Assembly: GCA_964563265.1 (NCBI GenBank)
Contig: CAZLWH010000003.1
Span: 1,264 to 34,787, forward strand
DNA from: an uncultured Erysipelotrichaceae bacterium
Lineage (GTDB): Bacteria > Bacillota_I > Bacilli_A > Erysipelotrichales > Erysipelotrichaceae
Direction: 5' to 3'
DNA length: 33,524 nucleotides
The position numbers and the translations under genes were made by a program. The notes beneath the pieces were generated by a model. It was not told the DNA's origin and did not search any database. It was given only the letters and a program-made list of their open reading frames with translations. Position 1 is the first letter of the stretch. Each line of letters starts with the position of its first letter. This document shows, one piece after another, positions 1 to 8,976 of the stretch.

Positions 1-210
1 ATAGGCCAAGCCTCCGGCTCTGGCATACAGTTCTTCTGCGATCATATGGGAATGACCGCTTCCAAAAACCAAGAATCGTTTGTGGTCCTGATAGGCCTTG
101 ACAATCAATTGTGCAGACTGATCAAGGACGTCACTTTGGGTCGTTTGAAATCTTTTTAGGACCAGATTGATCTGATCGGCATATGCAGAGAAAGTGTTCA
201 ATGATGTCAT
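1..210 (-). CDS. SIS domain-containing protein (UPF0309-like); only the 5' part is present and the gene runs off the left edge
   Basis: Reverse-strand ATG at 210-208 is preceded by GGAG. My translation MTSLNTFSAYADQINLVLKRFQTTQSDVLDQSAQLIVKAYQDHKRFLVFGSGHSHMIAEELYARAGGLAY contains the FGSGHSHM..AEE..RAGGL block remembered from SIS/UPF0309 proteins. It is absent from the ORF track because no stop lies inside the window. Confidence 0.7.
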   Translation of the reverse strand, partial: MTSLNTFSAYADQINLVLKRFQTTQSDVLDQSAQLIVKAYQDHKRFLVFGSGHSHMIAEELYARAGGLAY

Positions 211-279
211 GAGGGTAGACTCCTTAGAACTGAGTTCTTTACTATATCATTATATCATGACAATAGGACTTAGTCGTTC

Positions 280-307
280 TTGACAGGGAGTTTTGTCATG
301 CTATAAT
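280..307 (+). promoter_or_regulatory. Sigma-A type promoter for the EIIB-EIIA pair
   Basis: TTGACA at 280-285, a 16-nt spacer, then TGcTATAAT at 299-307, about 60 nt upstream of the ATG at 368. Confidence 0.6.
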
Positions 308-367
308 TTGACCATTGAACACTGTACGCGTTATCCTTAACGAAATGCGTTACCGAAAGGGGCAATC

Positions 368-667
368 ATGAAGAATATCGTATTGATTTGTGCCGCAGGC
401 ATGAGTACCAGTCTGTTGGTTTCGAAAATGGAAAAGGCAGCCGCAGAAGAAGGATATGACTGTAAGATCCAGGCTTATGCCGTGAATGATGCCCCAAAAG
501 TGATCCCGGCGGCGGATGTCGTTTTGTTGGGTCCGCAAGTCCGTTTCAATCTGAAAGCCTTCCGCACTCAATTTCCGGATAAAAAAATTGAACTGATCGA
601 CATGGTCCAATATGGAACCATGAACGGTAAAGCGGTCTTTGACTTTGCCAAGAAAACGATCGGTTGA
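368..667 (+). CDS. PTS EIIB component, lactose/cellobiose (Lac) family
   Basis: 99 aa. The N-terminus MKNIVLICAAGMSTSLLVSKM carries the phospho-Cys loop (CxxGMSTS) typical of Cel/Lic EIIB. RBS AAAGGGG lies upstream. Confidence 0.85.
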   Translation: MKNIVLICAAGMSTSLLVSKMEKAAAEEGYDCKIQAYAVNDAPKVIPAADVVLLGPQVRFNLKAFRTQFPDKKIELIDMVQYGTMNGKAVFDFAKKTIG

Positions 668-669
668 TC

Positions 670-987
670 ATGGAAGGATTGGAACTCATCTGTTTTAAGA
701 TCATCTCATCGGTCGGTACGGCCCGCTCTATTTTTATTGAAGCGATCCGAGAGGCCAAAGACGGCAACATCCAAGCCGCTAGAGACATGATCACGGAAGG
801 CTCAGAGATTTTCACTGAAGGCCACCACAGCCATATGGAACTGATCACCAAAGAAGCTTCCGGAGAAAAGACCGAAATCAACCTGTTGCTGATCCATACC
901 GAAGACATGCTGATGAGTGCCGAAAGCTTCCGTATCCTGGCCATTGAATTCATCGACCTTTACGAAATAATGTACGCAAAAAAATAA
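670..987 (+). CDS. PTS EIIA component, lactose/cellobiose (Lac) family
   Basis: MEGLELICFKIISSVGTARS...HHSHMELI...LLIHTEDMLMSA matches the three-helix EIIA-Lac pattern. The ORF track starts at TTG 664. ATG 670 fits family N-termini better. The start overlaps or abuts the EIIB stop at 665-667. Confidence 0.85.
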   Translation: MEGLELICFKIISSVGTARSIFIEAIREAKDGNIQAARDMITEGSEIFTEGHHSHMELITKEASGEKTEINLLLIHTEDMLMSAESFRILAIEFIDLYEIMYAKK

Positions 988-1007
988 AACTTCCTTACTG
1001 AAGTTTT
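986..1007. terminator. Bidirectional intrinsic terminator between EIIA and proA
   Basis: AAAACTTC (986-993), loop CTTACT, GAAGTTTT (1000-1007). A-run and T-run flanks make it usable on both strands. Confidence 0.6.
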
Positions 1008-2246
1008 TTATCGGATCTGGCCTTGACCGAAGATCTTGTATTTATAGGAACACAGCTCATCCAATCCGACCGGACCGCGAGCATGCATCTTTTGGGTCGA
1101 AATCCCGATCTCGGCAGAGAATCCGAATTCGCCTCCATCGGTAAAGCGGGTTGAGGCATTATGATAGACTGCTGCCGCATCGACATCATCCAAAAAGCGT
1201 TGTGCTTTATCTAGATCAGAGGTCAGGATGGTTTCAGAGTGCTTGGTGGAATGGGTTTGGATATGAACCAAGGCTTCATCCAGTCCGCTGACGATCTTGA
1301 TCGCGATTTTCAAATCAAGGTATTCCGTTGACCAGTCTTCAAGACTGGCTTTTTTAACAGAAGGTTCCAAAGCACAGACGTGTTCATCGCCCACGATCTC
1401 AACGTTTTGATCCCGCAAAGCCTTGATGAGTTTAGGCAGGAAAGCGGAAGCAATCGAGGCATCGACCAACACTTTCTCCAGTGCGTTACACACCGAAGGC
1501 CTGCTGCATTTCGCATTCACGATGACACGGAGGGCCATGTCTTGATCAGCGGTTTCCTCAACATAGGCGTGACAATTCCCGACCCCGGTTTCTAAAAGAG
1601 GGACTGTTGCCGTCTCCATGACGGTTTGGATCAATCGAGCTGAACCTCTTGGGATCAACAGATCGATCAATCCGTTGGCCGTCATTAGGGTCTTGGCCAA
1701 TTCCTTATCCGGATCTTCGATCAGTTGGACCGATTCAGGATCCAGATTCTGAGCTGATAGTGTTTCTTTAAGGATTTTGATCAAAGCGAGATTGGTATTC
1801 AGGGCTTCTTTTCCGCCCCTTAAGACAACGGCGCTTCCTGCTTTGAACGCCAAAGCTGCCGCATCGATGGTCACGTTGGGACGCGCTTCATAAATCATCG
1901 CAATCACACCCATCGGGACTGTGATTTTTTGAATCCTCAAACCGTTGGGCCGAACTGTTTCCGATAGGATCCGGTTGACAGGATCGGCCGCATGGCTCAG
2001 ATCGATCAAGGCCAAAGCCATGGTGGAGATGCGTTTCTCATTCAAAAGCAATCTGTCTTTCAAGGACGGATTAAGTTGACTGTTATTTTCAAGATCCAAG
2101 CCATTGGCTTGGATGATGCGGGCACTGTTGTCGGTCAAGGCTTTGGCCAAAGCCAGACAAAAATCATTCTTGGTTTTCTCATCCAGTTTCGCTAAGGCAT
2201 GGGATGCTGTTTTGGCTTTTTGGGCCTTGATCAAGACTTCATTCAT
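1008..2246 (-). CDS. proA: Glutamate-5-semialdehyde dehydrogenase (gamma-glutamyl phosphate reductase)
   Basis: 412 aa with full-length ProA-like sequence (aldehyde dehydrogenase fold, ...GVGNCHAYV..., CNALEKVLV...). It has a 4-nt overlap with proB upstream. Confidence 0.95.
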   Translation of the reverse strand: MNEVLIKAQKAKTASHALAKLDEKTKNDFCLALAKALTDNSARIIQANGLDLENNSQLNPSLKDRLLLNEKRISTMALALIDLSHAADPVNRILSETVRPNGLRIQKITVPMGVIAMIYEARPNVTIDAAALAFKAGSAVVLRGGKEALNTNLALIKILKETLSAQNLDPESVQLIEDPDKELAKTLMTANGLIDLLIPRGSARLIQTVMETATVPLLETGVGNCHAYVEETADQDMALRVIVNAKCSRPSVCNALEKVLVDASIASAFLPKLIKALRDQNVEIVGDEHVCALEPSVKKASLEDWSTEYLDLKIAIKIVSGLDEALVHIQTHSTKHSETILTSDLDKAQRFLDDVDAAAVYHNASTRFTDGGEFGFSAEIGISTQKMHARGPVGLDELCSYKYKIFGQGQIR

Positions 2247-3031
2247 TGGGCGACAAACAGGGTGCCAATGTCTTCTCCCTGTAGGATATTGGTGATGATT
2301 TCAGGATGAGCACCTAAGGCGATGACCATATCGATGTGAGCGGATGTCGAGATCTGGGCTGCCTTGAGTTTGGTGGCCATGCCACCGGTCCCGCGGTTGG
2401 ATCCGGCTCCGCCGGCTTTGGCCAGGATGTCCTCATTGATGGTTTCCACCAAGGAGATCAATTTGGCATCCGGATTCCTTTTCGGATCCGCATCATACAA
2501 ACCTTCGATGTCTGAAAGCAGGATCAAGAGATCCGCATGGATCAGTGTTGCGACCAAGGCAGATAAACAGTCATTGTCTCCGAATTCGATCTCATCGGTT
2601 GCGACAGTATCATTCTCATTGACGATCGGTAAAATGCCTTTGCTTAATAGGCTTTCAAAGGTATTGATGACGTTGGTGCGTTTCTTGTCTTCTTCAACGA
2701 CGTCTTTGGTCAACAGGATCTGAGCGACCATGTGGCTGTATTCGGAGAAGAATTTACTGTAAAGGTGCATGAGCTCGCCTTGGCCTACGGCTGCAGCAGC
2801 TTGTTTATCCTGCGTCGTTTTGGGACGTTCAGACAACTTGAGCTTACTGACGCCGACGGCGATGGCGCCTGAGCTGACCAAAACAATCTCTTTCTTTTGA
2901 TTTAAAAGATCAGAGATGATTTGGGCAAGTTTATCCATTCGGCTCAGGTTAATGGCGCCGCTGTCGTGGGTAAGGGTAGAAGATCCGACTTTGATGACAA
3001 TGCGTTGACAGTGTGATAGGTTTTTTCTCAT
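2243..3031 (-). CDS. proB: Glutamate 5-kinase (short form without PUA domain)
   Basis: 262 aa. It shows RIVIKVGSSTLT, VLVSSGAIAVG and NENDTVA amino-acid-kinase motifs and is coupled to proA by an ATGA overlap. Confidence 0.95.
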   Translation of the reverse strand: MRKNLSHCQRIVIKVGSSTLTHDSGAINLSRMDKLAQIISDLLNQKKEIVLVSSGAIAVGVSKLKLSERPKTTQDKQAAAAVGQGELMHLYSKFFSEYSHMVAQILLTKDVVEEDKKRTNVINTFESLLSKGILPIVNENDTVATDEIEFGDNDCLSALVATLIHADLLILLSDIEGLYDADPKRNPDAKLISLVETINEDILAKAGGAGSNRGTGGMATKLKAAQISTSAHIDMVIALGAHPEIITNILQGEDIGTLFVAQ

Positions 3032-3100
3032 AGGGTGCTACTTTTTTATGTATTATACGCTCTTTTAATGGATAATGCACACGCCACTTTTCATCGACGG

Positions 3101-3109
3101 TGGTATAAT
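3101..3109 (+). promoter_or_regulatory. Extended -10 promoter element for the orphan EIIB gene
   Basis: TGGTATAAT lies 25 nt upstream of ATG 3134, with RBS AAGGAG at 3122-3127. No good -35 is present. Confidence 0.45.
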
Positions 3110-3133
3110 GGGTTAGTTCATAAGGAGAATCGT

Positions 3134-3436
3134 ATGAAAAAGATTCGTTTGTTTTGCGCAGGCGGTTTAACAACAACCCTCTTGGTCAATAAAATGAAAG
3201 CCGCAGCAACTGCGATCGGTTATGATGTCGATATCTCTGCTCATCCGGTCGTTGAGCTGAATGAGAAGGGCGGACACTGTGATCTGATCATTTTGGGTCC
3301 TCAAATCGCTTCATCCTTAAAAGAAGTCCAATCCAATTTTCCCAATCAGAAAATCATCGTCTGCGATATGGTTTCTTTTGGAAACATCGACGCCAAGAAG
3401 ATATTGGAAAACGCCAAGGCGGCACTGGGAGACTAA
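3134..3436 (+). CDS. PTS EIIB component, lactose/cellobiose family (second copy, with no adjacent EIIC or EIIA)
   Basis: MKKIRLFCAGGLTTTLLVNKMK... is paralogous in pattern to the 368-667 protein. The tracked ORF begins at 3035, but the AAGGAG RBS and family length (100 aa) support ATG 3134. Confidence 0.85.
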   Translation: MKKIRLFCAGGLTTTLLVNKMKAAATAIGYDVDISAHPVVELNEKGGHCDLIILGPQIASSLKEVQSNFPNQKIIVCDMVSFGNIDAKKILENAKAALGD

Positions 3437-3443
3437 GGCTGTT

Positions 3444-4106
3444 TTGACCCAGTTCAAGATCCTTTTTATCCGCAGTTTAAAATTACTGAGTGCGCTGTGC
3501 GCCATCGCTTTTGGTATCAGTTTCATCGTAAAAGCCTCGATCGGACAAAGTACTTTGTCCGGTTTTTCATATAATCTGGGGGTCTTGCTGAATATGAAGC
3601 AGGGAACCACCTTAGGCTGGATCAATCTCCTGTTCTTTTTAGGACAACTTCCGATCTTGAAATGGAAACTGAGCCTCAAGGACTTCTTTCAGTTGGGCAT
3701 GATCTTGATGTCGACCCTACTGACCAATTTCTTCATCTATGATTTTCCCTGGGGGATCTTTCCCGCAGCGTCTTCTTATCCGATCCAACTGATCTATCTG
3801 TTTACGGGAATCCTGATCATGGCTTTGGGGATCTCGCTGATGATGGCTTTGGACTTTGTATTTATGCCTTATGAAGGATTCCTTCATCTTATCTCTGAGA
3901 AATCAACGCTTTCCTTTGGGAAACTCAGGCGCATTTTCGATGTTGCCTTGGTCTTTGGCTCATTGGCCTTGATCCTTTTGTTTAAGATCCCCAATACTTC
4001 GGTCAGAGAAGGCACGGTCATCTTTGCCTTATTGGTGGGGACCCTGAATCATTATGTCATTCCGTTTCTTAAAAAGAACGGATGGAAAGAAGCCCTTGAA
4101 CATTGA
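3444..4106 (+). CDS. Polytopic membrane protein, YczE/YitT-like (function unknown)
   Basis: The frame is open from 3378 but overlaps the EIIB gene. TTG 3444, 10 nt after GGGAGAC, gives about 220 aa with several hydrophobic helices (LLSALCAIAFGISFIV..., LIYLFTGILIMALGISLMMAL...). The family assignment is from memory and tentative. Confidence 0.5.
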   Translation: MTQFKILFIRSLKLLSALCAIAFGISFIVKASIGQSTLSGFSYNLGVLLNMKQGTTLGWINLLFFLGQLPILKWKLSLKDFFQLGMILMSTLLTNFFIYDFPWGIFPAASSYPIQLIYLFTGILIMALGISLMMALDFVFMPYEGFLHLISEKSTLSFGKLRRIFDVALVFGSLALILLFKIPNTSVREGTVIFALLVGTLNHYVIPFLKKNGWKEALEH

Positions 4107-4127
4107 CATCCGTAAGGATGTTTTTTT
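4106..4127 (+). terminator. Intrinsic terminator
   Basis: ACATCC-GTAA-GGATGT followed by TTTTTTT, directly after the stop at 4104-4106. Confidence 0.6.
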
Positions 4128-4190
4128 GTCTTTGGTCAACATCCGTCTGTGATAAAACAATAGTGATACAATAAAGACAGAGGTGAGACC

Positions 4191-4736
4191 TTGAAAAAAA
4201 TACTGGTACTTTTAGCAGACGGCTTTGAAGAAAGCGAAATGATCGTCCCTGTCGATGTCTTGCGGAGAGCTCAGTTTCAGGTCGACCTGATGTCGATCAC
4301 CACCAGAGATGTCATCTCATCCCATGGGATCAAGATCACCGCAGATCGGACATTCGTCGATGATTCAAGTTATGATGCGCTCTTTTTACCGGGAGGACAG
4401 CCCGGCACCCGCAATCTGATGGCGGATGATCGGGTCTTAACTCTGATCCGGCGCTATGATCAGGAAGGCAAGATCATCAGTGCGATCTGTGCTGCCCCGG
4501 CTGTTTTGGCGAAAGCGGGGATCCTCAAAGGCAAAAATGTGACTTCTTATCCGCTGGAGGATCTTGAATCGATCTTCGCGATGGCCCATTACCATCAAGA
4601 TGAAGTCGTCATCGACGGCAGACTGATCACCAGTCGTGGGGTCGGCACGGTATTTCCTTTCGCTTTTGCCTTGGCCCATGCCTTAGGAGCCAATTCCGAC
4701 AGTTTGAAACGCGTTATGGTTTACAGCGCCAAATAA
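4191..4736 (+). CDS. DJ-1/PfpI family protein
   Basis: 181 aa with a TTG start after AGGTGA. It shows ILVLLADGFEE, then the nucleophile elbow SAICAAPAVL and LITSRG, as in DJ-1/YajL/ThiJ-type proteins. Confidence 0.85.
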   Translation: MKKILVLLADGFEESEMIVPVDVLRRAQFQVDLMSITTRDVISSHGIKITADRTFVDDSSYDALFLPGGQPGTRNLMADDRVLTLIRRYDQEGKIISAICAAPAVLAKAGILKGKNVTSYPLEDLESIFAMAHYHQDEVVIDGRLITSRGVGTVFPFAFALAHALGANSDSLKRVMVYSAK

Positions 4737-4753
4737 GCGCTTAGGAGGCATTG

Positions 4754-5002
4754 ATGCCCATCAAACGCAGCACTTACGGATACTTTTGTACTTTCCTGTT
4801 TTTGATTTTGATCACGCTGAAGATCACGGTTGGTTTACCGATCATGACTTTTACGATCTTTGGGATCGGTTATCTTGGTTTGGCCGATACGCTTTATGTG
4901 CGTTACCGTTTAAAAGAAAAGGGCAAGCTGGATTATGTGTCCTTTGGGATCGGAGCCTTGATCATCCTATGGACCCTGGCTGAAGTGCTTTGGCCCCATT
5001 AA
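4754..5002 (+). CDS. Small hypothetical membrane protein (82 aa)
   Basis: AGGAGG at 4743-4748 lies 5 nt before ATG 4754. There are two or three hydrophobic segments and no recognisable family. Confidence 0.5.
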   Translation: MPIKRSTYGYFCTFLFLILITLKITVGLPIMTFTIFGIGYLGLADTLYVRYRLKEKGKLDYVSFGIGALIILWTLAEVLWPH

Positions 5003-5112
5003 ATCAACAGGAGTGAAGAAATCGATTCATTATTGACAAGTAAATCAACATTTTCGAAACTGGTCTTTGCTTTTATTTATGGGTTTGCTATAATAACAAG
5101 GCATCCGCAAAT

Positions 5113-5195
5113 GCACCAGTGGCGGAATTGGCATACGCGCACGTCTCAGAAGCGTGTGGGCAACCGTGCGGGTTCAAGTCCCGCCTGGTGCACCA
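5113..5195 (+). tRNA. tRNA-Leu (anticodon CAG), class II with long variable arm and encoded CCA
   Basis: Folded by hand. The acceptor stem is GCACCAG/CTGGTGC. The anticodon stem is CACGT/GCGTG with loop CTCAGAA (anticodon CAG). The variable region is 11 nt. The T arm is GCGGG-TTCAAGT-CCCGC, followed by discriminator A and CCA. TATAAT at 5089-5094 lies upstream. Confidence 0.9.
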
Positions 5196-5204
5196 GATAA
5201 AACA

Positions 5205-5227
5205 AAAAGTCCGTCAGGACTTTTTTT
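5205..5227 (+). terminator. Intrinsic terminator after the tRNA
   Basis: AAAAGTCC-GTCA-GGACTTTT followed by a T-run. Confidence 0.7.
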
Positions 5228-5340
5228 ATGCTTTTTTATTGGCTGATGGGAGCAGTAGACATAGCCTTTGCACAAAGCATGTACAACAATGATACTGAGC
5301 TTACGATGTTATTTTGTTATCATAGAAAGTGAGGTAAACT

Positions 5341-7416
5341 ATGAGTTTCTGGCAACTTGATTCACGCTGTGTCGCCATCTTGCGTTATCTGGCTGATTCT
5401 GAAGACACGATGTCCATCCAGGAAATATCGCGGTTTTTTAATGTGAGCGTCAGATCGGTTTATTATGATTTGAGCAAGATCAATGATTGGCTTCAGACTC
5501 AACATGTCTCGGCCATCCTGGTCGAACGCAACCGCGGTGTCTATGTCACCAAGATCCAAAGCGAAAAGATCAAAGCCTTATTGAAAAGCAATGAAAACAC
5601 GGCCTATTATGTCTTATCACCCAAAGAAAGACATCGTATTCAGATCTGTACCTTGCTGAGTTCGGATGCCCCGGTGTTTGTTGAACAGCTCAGTCATCTG
5701 TGTTCGATCAGCCGCAATACGACCTTCAATGATCTCAAGATCGTCAGAGAAAAAATCGAACGATATGGCCTTGAGTTGAGTTTCGAACCTCAAAAAGGGT
5801 ATGAGATCCATGGGTTGGCGTTTCAGCAGAGGGCTGTTTTCCTGTATTACTTTACCCCGCTGATCTCAATGCTGGAAAACAATCAGCTGTCGACTTTGGA
5901 TGATTTGCCGTTTTATGATAAAGCGGCCATTGACCATTATGTCAAGATCCTCAAAGACATTGAGATCCAGCTGGATACAAGCTATGTGGAAGGGATGATC
6001 TTCTCGTTGGCGACACTGATCTATGTCATCGTCAAACGCAAAGCCGCCATCGATCTCAAAGACATCGATGCGAAAGACATCTTAGAAACCAAAGAATTCC
6101 AGATGGTTGAAAATAAACTCACTGAACTGTCCCAATCGGAACAGATCTATATCGCCATGCACTTACTGGGTTCCCGTGTCCAGATCAATACGCTGTATGA
6201 TACCAAAAACGAAAAACCTTTCCTGTATGACGTTGCTTCCCAGTTGGTCAAGGAATTCGAGATCCTGGCTTGTCTGGAATTCGATGATCGGGATCAGCTG
6301 ATCTCCTTGATCGCCAATCATTTGTCGATGTCCATCTATCGCTATAAATTCGGGATCCAGATCGGCAATCCGCTGATGTCCGACATCATGGCCTCTTATC
6401 CCGATCTTTTCGAACTGACCATGAAAGCTGCCAAAGTCTTGAAAGAACGTCTGATGATGCCGATTCCGGATTTCGAAATCGCCTACATCACCATGCATTT
6501 GGGGGGTTATCTTCACAGAAACAACCGCCAACACCGTGACTTCCAGGTCTTGATCGTCTGTCCCAATGGGATCTCGACCGCCACCATCTTAAGGGGTGAG
6601 ATCGAGTCGCTGCATCCCAATCTGAAGATCCTGGATATTGTCGGCATCGAAGGCATTGCGCCGTATCTGGATCAAGTCGATTTCATCATCTCGACCGTGG
6701 ACATTAACGCCCCGGTCCCGGTCATCAAGGTCAAGCCCATCATCACGGAAGATGACCGGCTCAGGATTCTATCCCGCATCGTCAACAGCGAACAGGTCAA
6801 AAAGATCCACAATGGGATCACCTTGGAATCCGTCTTGAGCATCGTCTCCAATTATGTTGCCCCTGACAGCATCAACAAGGTCAAAAAAGACCTGTCTCAG
6901 CTGTTTAGTCCATCGAAGTCTCAAGAACCAATCAACCGTGACAACAGTATCCGTCTGGAAGATGTCCTGTGCGAACGACGCATCAGGATCGTCGACTCCA
7001 TAGAGACTTGGGAAGAATCCATCACGGCAGCAGCCAAACCCTTACTGGATGAAAGAACCATCGATCAAAGCTACATCGAAGCCATGATTGCCGGGGTCAA
7101 CCGTTACGGGCCCTATATCGTCATCGGTGAGGATGTTGCCTTGGCCCATGCGCTTCCCCAAGACGGGGTCAATGCGTTGAGTTTGTCTTTGATGATTTTG
7201 AAGAGCCCGGTCTGTTTCAGAGACCGCTGTGTCTCCTTGCTGTTTGTCTTGGCTCCCATCGACAAAAGCAGCCATCTTGGCATCATGAAGGATCTGATGA
7301 GCGTGGTCTCCGATGACGTTCTCATCTCTAAGCTAAAAACTTCAAGCCCCTCAGAGATCATGAGCTTGATTAAATCAGTAACAACACAAAAAGGACAGGT
7401 CCATTACGATGATTGA
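5341..7416 (+). CDS. PRD-domain PTS regulatory transcription factor (MtlR/LicR/ManR-like: HTH, two PRDs, EIIB-Gat-like domain, EIIA-Mtl/Ntr-like domain)
   Basis: 691 aa. It has an N-terminal winged-helix region, PRD-type histidines (YIAMHLLGSR, AYITMHLGGY), an EIIB-like VLIVCPNGISTATIL stretch, and a C-terminal EIIA type-2 block (IVIGEDVALAHALPQDG). RBS GTGAGGT lies upstream. Confidence 0.85.
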   Translation: MSFWQLDSRCVAILRYLADSEDTMSIQEISRFFNVSVRSVYYDLSKINDWLQTQHVSAILVERNRGVYVTKIQSEKIKALLKSNENTAYYVLSPKERHRIQICTLLSSDAPVFVEQLSHLCSISRNTTFNDLKIVREKIERYGLELSFEPQKGYEIHGLAFQQRAVFLYYFTPLISMLENNQLSTLDDLPFYDKAAIDHYVKILKDIEIQLDTSYVEGMIFSLATLIYVIVKRKAAIDLKDIDAKDILETKEFQMVENKLTELSQSEQIYIAMHLLGSRVQINTLYDTKNEKPFLYDVASQLVKEFEILACLEFDDRDQLISLIANHLSMSIYRYKFGIQIGNPLMSDIMASYPDLFELTMKAAKVLKERLMMPIPDFEIAYITMHLGGYLHRNNRQHRDFQVLIVCPNGISTATILRGEIESLHPNLKILDIVGIEGIAPYLDQVDFIISTVDINAPVPVIKVKPIITEDDRLRILSRIVNSEQVKKIHNGITLESVLSIVSNYVAPDSINKVKKDLSQLFSPSKSQEPINRDNSIRLEDVLCERRIRIVDSIETWEESITAAAKPLLDERTIDQSYIEAMIAGVNRYGPYIVIGEDVALAHALPQDGVNALSLSLMILKSPVCFRDRCVSLLFVLAPIDKSSHLGIMKDLMSVVSDDVLISKLKTSSPSEIMSLIKSVTTQKGQVHYDD

Positions 7417-8407
7417 TATTGTGGTATTCGACATAGACGGTACACTGACAGATCGTAACGGAGCAATCCCATCATCGGTCGATGATGCGGTCAAACAGCT
7501 TAAAAGCCATAAGACGACGGTCTTGATCGCGACCGGAAGGCCTCCTTTTGAGGTCAGTCCCGACATCAAGAAAAGGCTTAACCCGGATGCGATAGTCTAT
7601 TATAACGGCAGTTTGGTCATGGATGGCCAAGGCAACGTGCTTCATGAAAAACCGCTGGATGAACCGCTGTTGAGCGCTGCGCTGGATCGCATCCACGAAC
7701 TCGGTTGGGATTGCGCGCTGCATTTGAGAGAAAATACCTTGGTGATCAAGGGGACTTCCATCCAACAAAAAATAGTGGACATTACCGGAAAAAGACCCAA
7801 GCCCATCATCGCCAAAAACAGGATGGTCACGGAACCGGTCTTCAACATCATGGTTCATGTGAATGATCCCATCGAATTAGAACCGTTCTTAAAAGACTTC
7901 CCGCAGCTCAAAGCCGAAGCCTTTGCGCCTGAGTTCTATGATCTTTATCTTGCGGATGTCAACAAAGCGACCGGGATCGAACACATCCTCAAACGCAAGA
8001 ACGCTTCCTGGAATCGGGTCATGGCCTTCGGTGACAACATCAACGACATCGGCATGCTGAAGAAAGCCTATTACGGCATCATCATGGAAAACGGCCATCC
8101 TGATTTGCATCAGGTCAAAGGTCTCCATATGACCCAGTCTTCCGACAATGACGGAATAGCCAATGCCTTGATGAAGTTCGGTTTGATCGAACACAGTGAT
8201 AACCGCATGGACTGGATCCGCTTCAAACACCGTTTCCAAACCACGATGGTGAGATATACTTTACCGATTTCTTTTTTCCTTTTGATCTCTGTCATCTATG
8301 ATCAGATGCGAGAAAAATTCACTGCCACCACCTGGACCAATTTGATTTTAGGGGTCATCTTATTCTCAAGTGCACTCTATGAGGTCCTCCATGCAGAAAA
8401 ACGCTAG
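7409..8407 (+). CDS. Cof-type HAD-IIB phosphatase with a C-terminal two-helix membrane extension
   Basis: VVFDIDGTLT (motif I), IATGRP and FGDNINDIGML (motif IV) are present. The last ~60 aa (RYTLPISFFLLISVIY..., WTNLILGVILFSSALY) are hydrophobic. The start overlaps the regulator stop by 8 nt. Confidence 0.8.
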   Translation: MIDIVVFDIDGTLTDRNGAIPSSVDDAVKQLKSHKTTVLIATGRPPFEVSPDIKKRLNPDAIVYYNGSLVMDGQGNVLHEKPLDEPLLSAALDRIHELGWDCALHLRENTLVIKGTSIQQKIVDITGKRPKPIIAKNRMVTEPVFNIMVHVNDPIELEPFLKDFPQLKAEAFAPEFYDLYLADVNKATGIEHILKRKNASWNRVMAFGDNINDIGMLKKAYYGIIMENGHPDLHQVKGLHMTQSSDNDGIANALMKFGLIEHSDNRMDWIRFKHRFQTTMVRYTLPISFFLLISVIYDQMREKFTATTWTNLILGVILFSSALYEVLHAEKR

Positions 8408-8462
8408 ACAAATTTTGCACAAACGAAAAGTCAAAGATTGGTCTTTATGGGAAAATATGTGT

Positions 8463-8471
8463 TGTTATAAT
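8463..8471 (+). promoter_or_regulatory. Extended -10 element upstream of the ascorbate-family PTS genes
   Basis: TGTTATAAT. It places the transcription start near 8478, which argues against the tracked TTG start at 8474. Confidence 0.4.
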
Positions 8472-8524
8472 GGTTGCATAGGGACTTATGTACTGGAAAG
8501 GAATGGGTATTAGCCGTGGAAAAG

Positions 8525-8950
8525 ATGCTCAGTATTGATAATATACGGATCTATGATCACGCAGAAAACTGGGTGGATGCGATTACCAAGGCTGTTACTC
8601 CATTGATAGAAAACGGGTTTGTCGAACCACGCTACATTCAAGGCATCATCGACAATACCAACCAGTACGGTCCTTACTATGTTTTGGCTCCGGATATCGC
8701 TTTGCCTCATGCAAGACCTGAACAGGGCGTCATCAAGAAGCAGTTGGGGGTAACCCTGTTGAGACACCCGGTCAAGTTTTCACCAGACGGATATGATGTA
8801 CGTCTTCTGATCACCTTGGCCGCTTCAGACAGTGAAGGCCATCTGGAAGCACTGAAGATGCTTTCGGAAGTCATGATGGATGAAGAACGCATTCAAAAAG
8901 TGATTCACGCCAAGACAAGAGAAGAGATTCTATCTTTGTTTACGAAGTAA
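8525..8950 (+). CDS. PTS EIIA component, L-ascorbate (SgaA/UlaC) family
   Basis: VEPRYIQGIIDNTNQYGPYYVLAPDIALPHARPEQGV aligns from memory with UlaC (VEPRYYQAILD...[21 protein letters not shown]). The start is ATG 8525, with GTG 8516 as an alternative. The longer tracked start is rejected. Confidence 0.8.
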   Translation: MLSIDNIRIYDHAENWVDAITKAVTPLIENGFVEPRYIQGIIDNTNQYGPYYVLAPDIALPHARPEQGVIKKQLGVTLLRHPVKFSPDGYDVRLLITLAASDSEGHLEALKMLSEVMMDEERIQKVIHAKTREEILSLFTK

Positions 8951-8976
8951 AAGAAAGAAAAAGGAGAAAAGTTAAA

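Noticed and set aside
243-258. Tandem 8-mer TATATCAT TATATCAT in the divergent SIS/PTS intergenic region.
   Set aside because: It is only two copies of a short AT-rich word in an AT-rich promoter region. That could be chance or part of the minus-strand promoter, and there is no supporting symmetry or recurrence elsewhere.
323-336. cre-like (CcpA) operator TGTACGCGTTATCC just downstream of the EIIB-EIIA promoter.
   Set aside because: It has two mismatches to the remembered consensus TGWAANCGNTNWCA, including a conserved A and the terminal A. It is plausible but too weak to call without a scoring matrix.
3032-3133. T-box or other amino-acid-sensing leader upstream of proBA.
   Set aside because: The whole divergent intergenic region is only about 100 nt and the putative proB -10 (complement of 3052-3057) lies about 20 nt from the ATG. 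That is too short for a T-box leader, and I saw no specifier or terminator-antiterminator structure.
5113-5195. tRNA-Leu as the attachment site of an integrated island containing the downstream PTS cluster.
   Set aside because: There is no integrase or recombinase gene next to it. I noticed no second copy of the tRNA 3' end (GGTTCAAGTCCCGCCTGGTGCACCA) anywhere in the window by eye. I also saw no mobility genes in the flanks. An exact repeat search would be needed to be certain.
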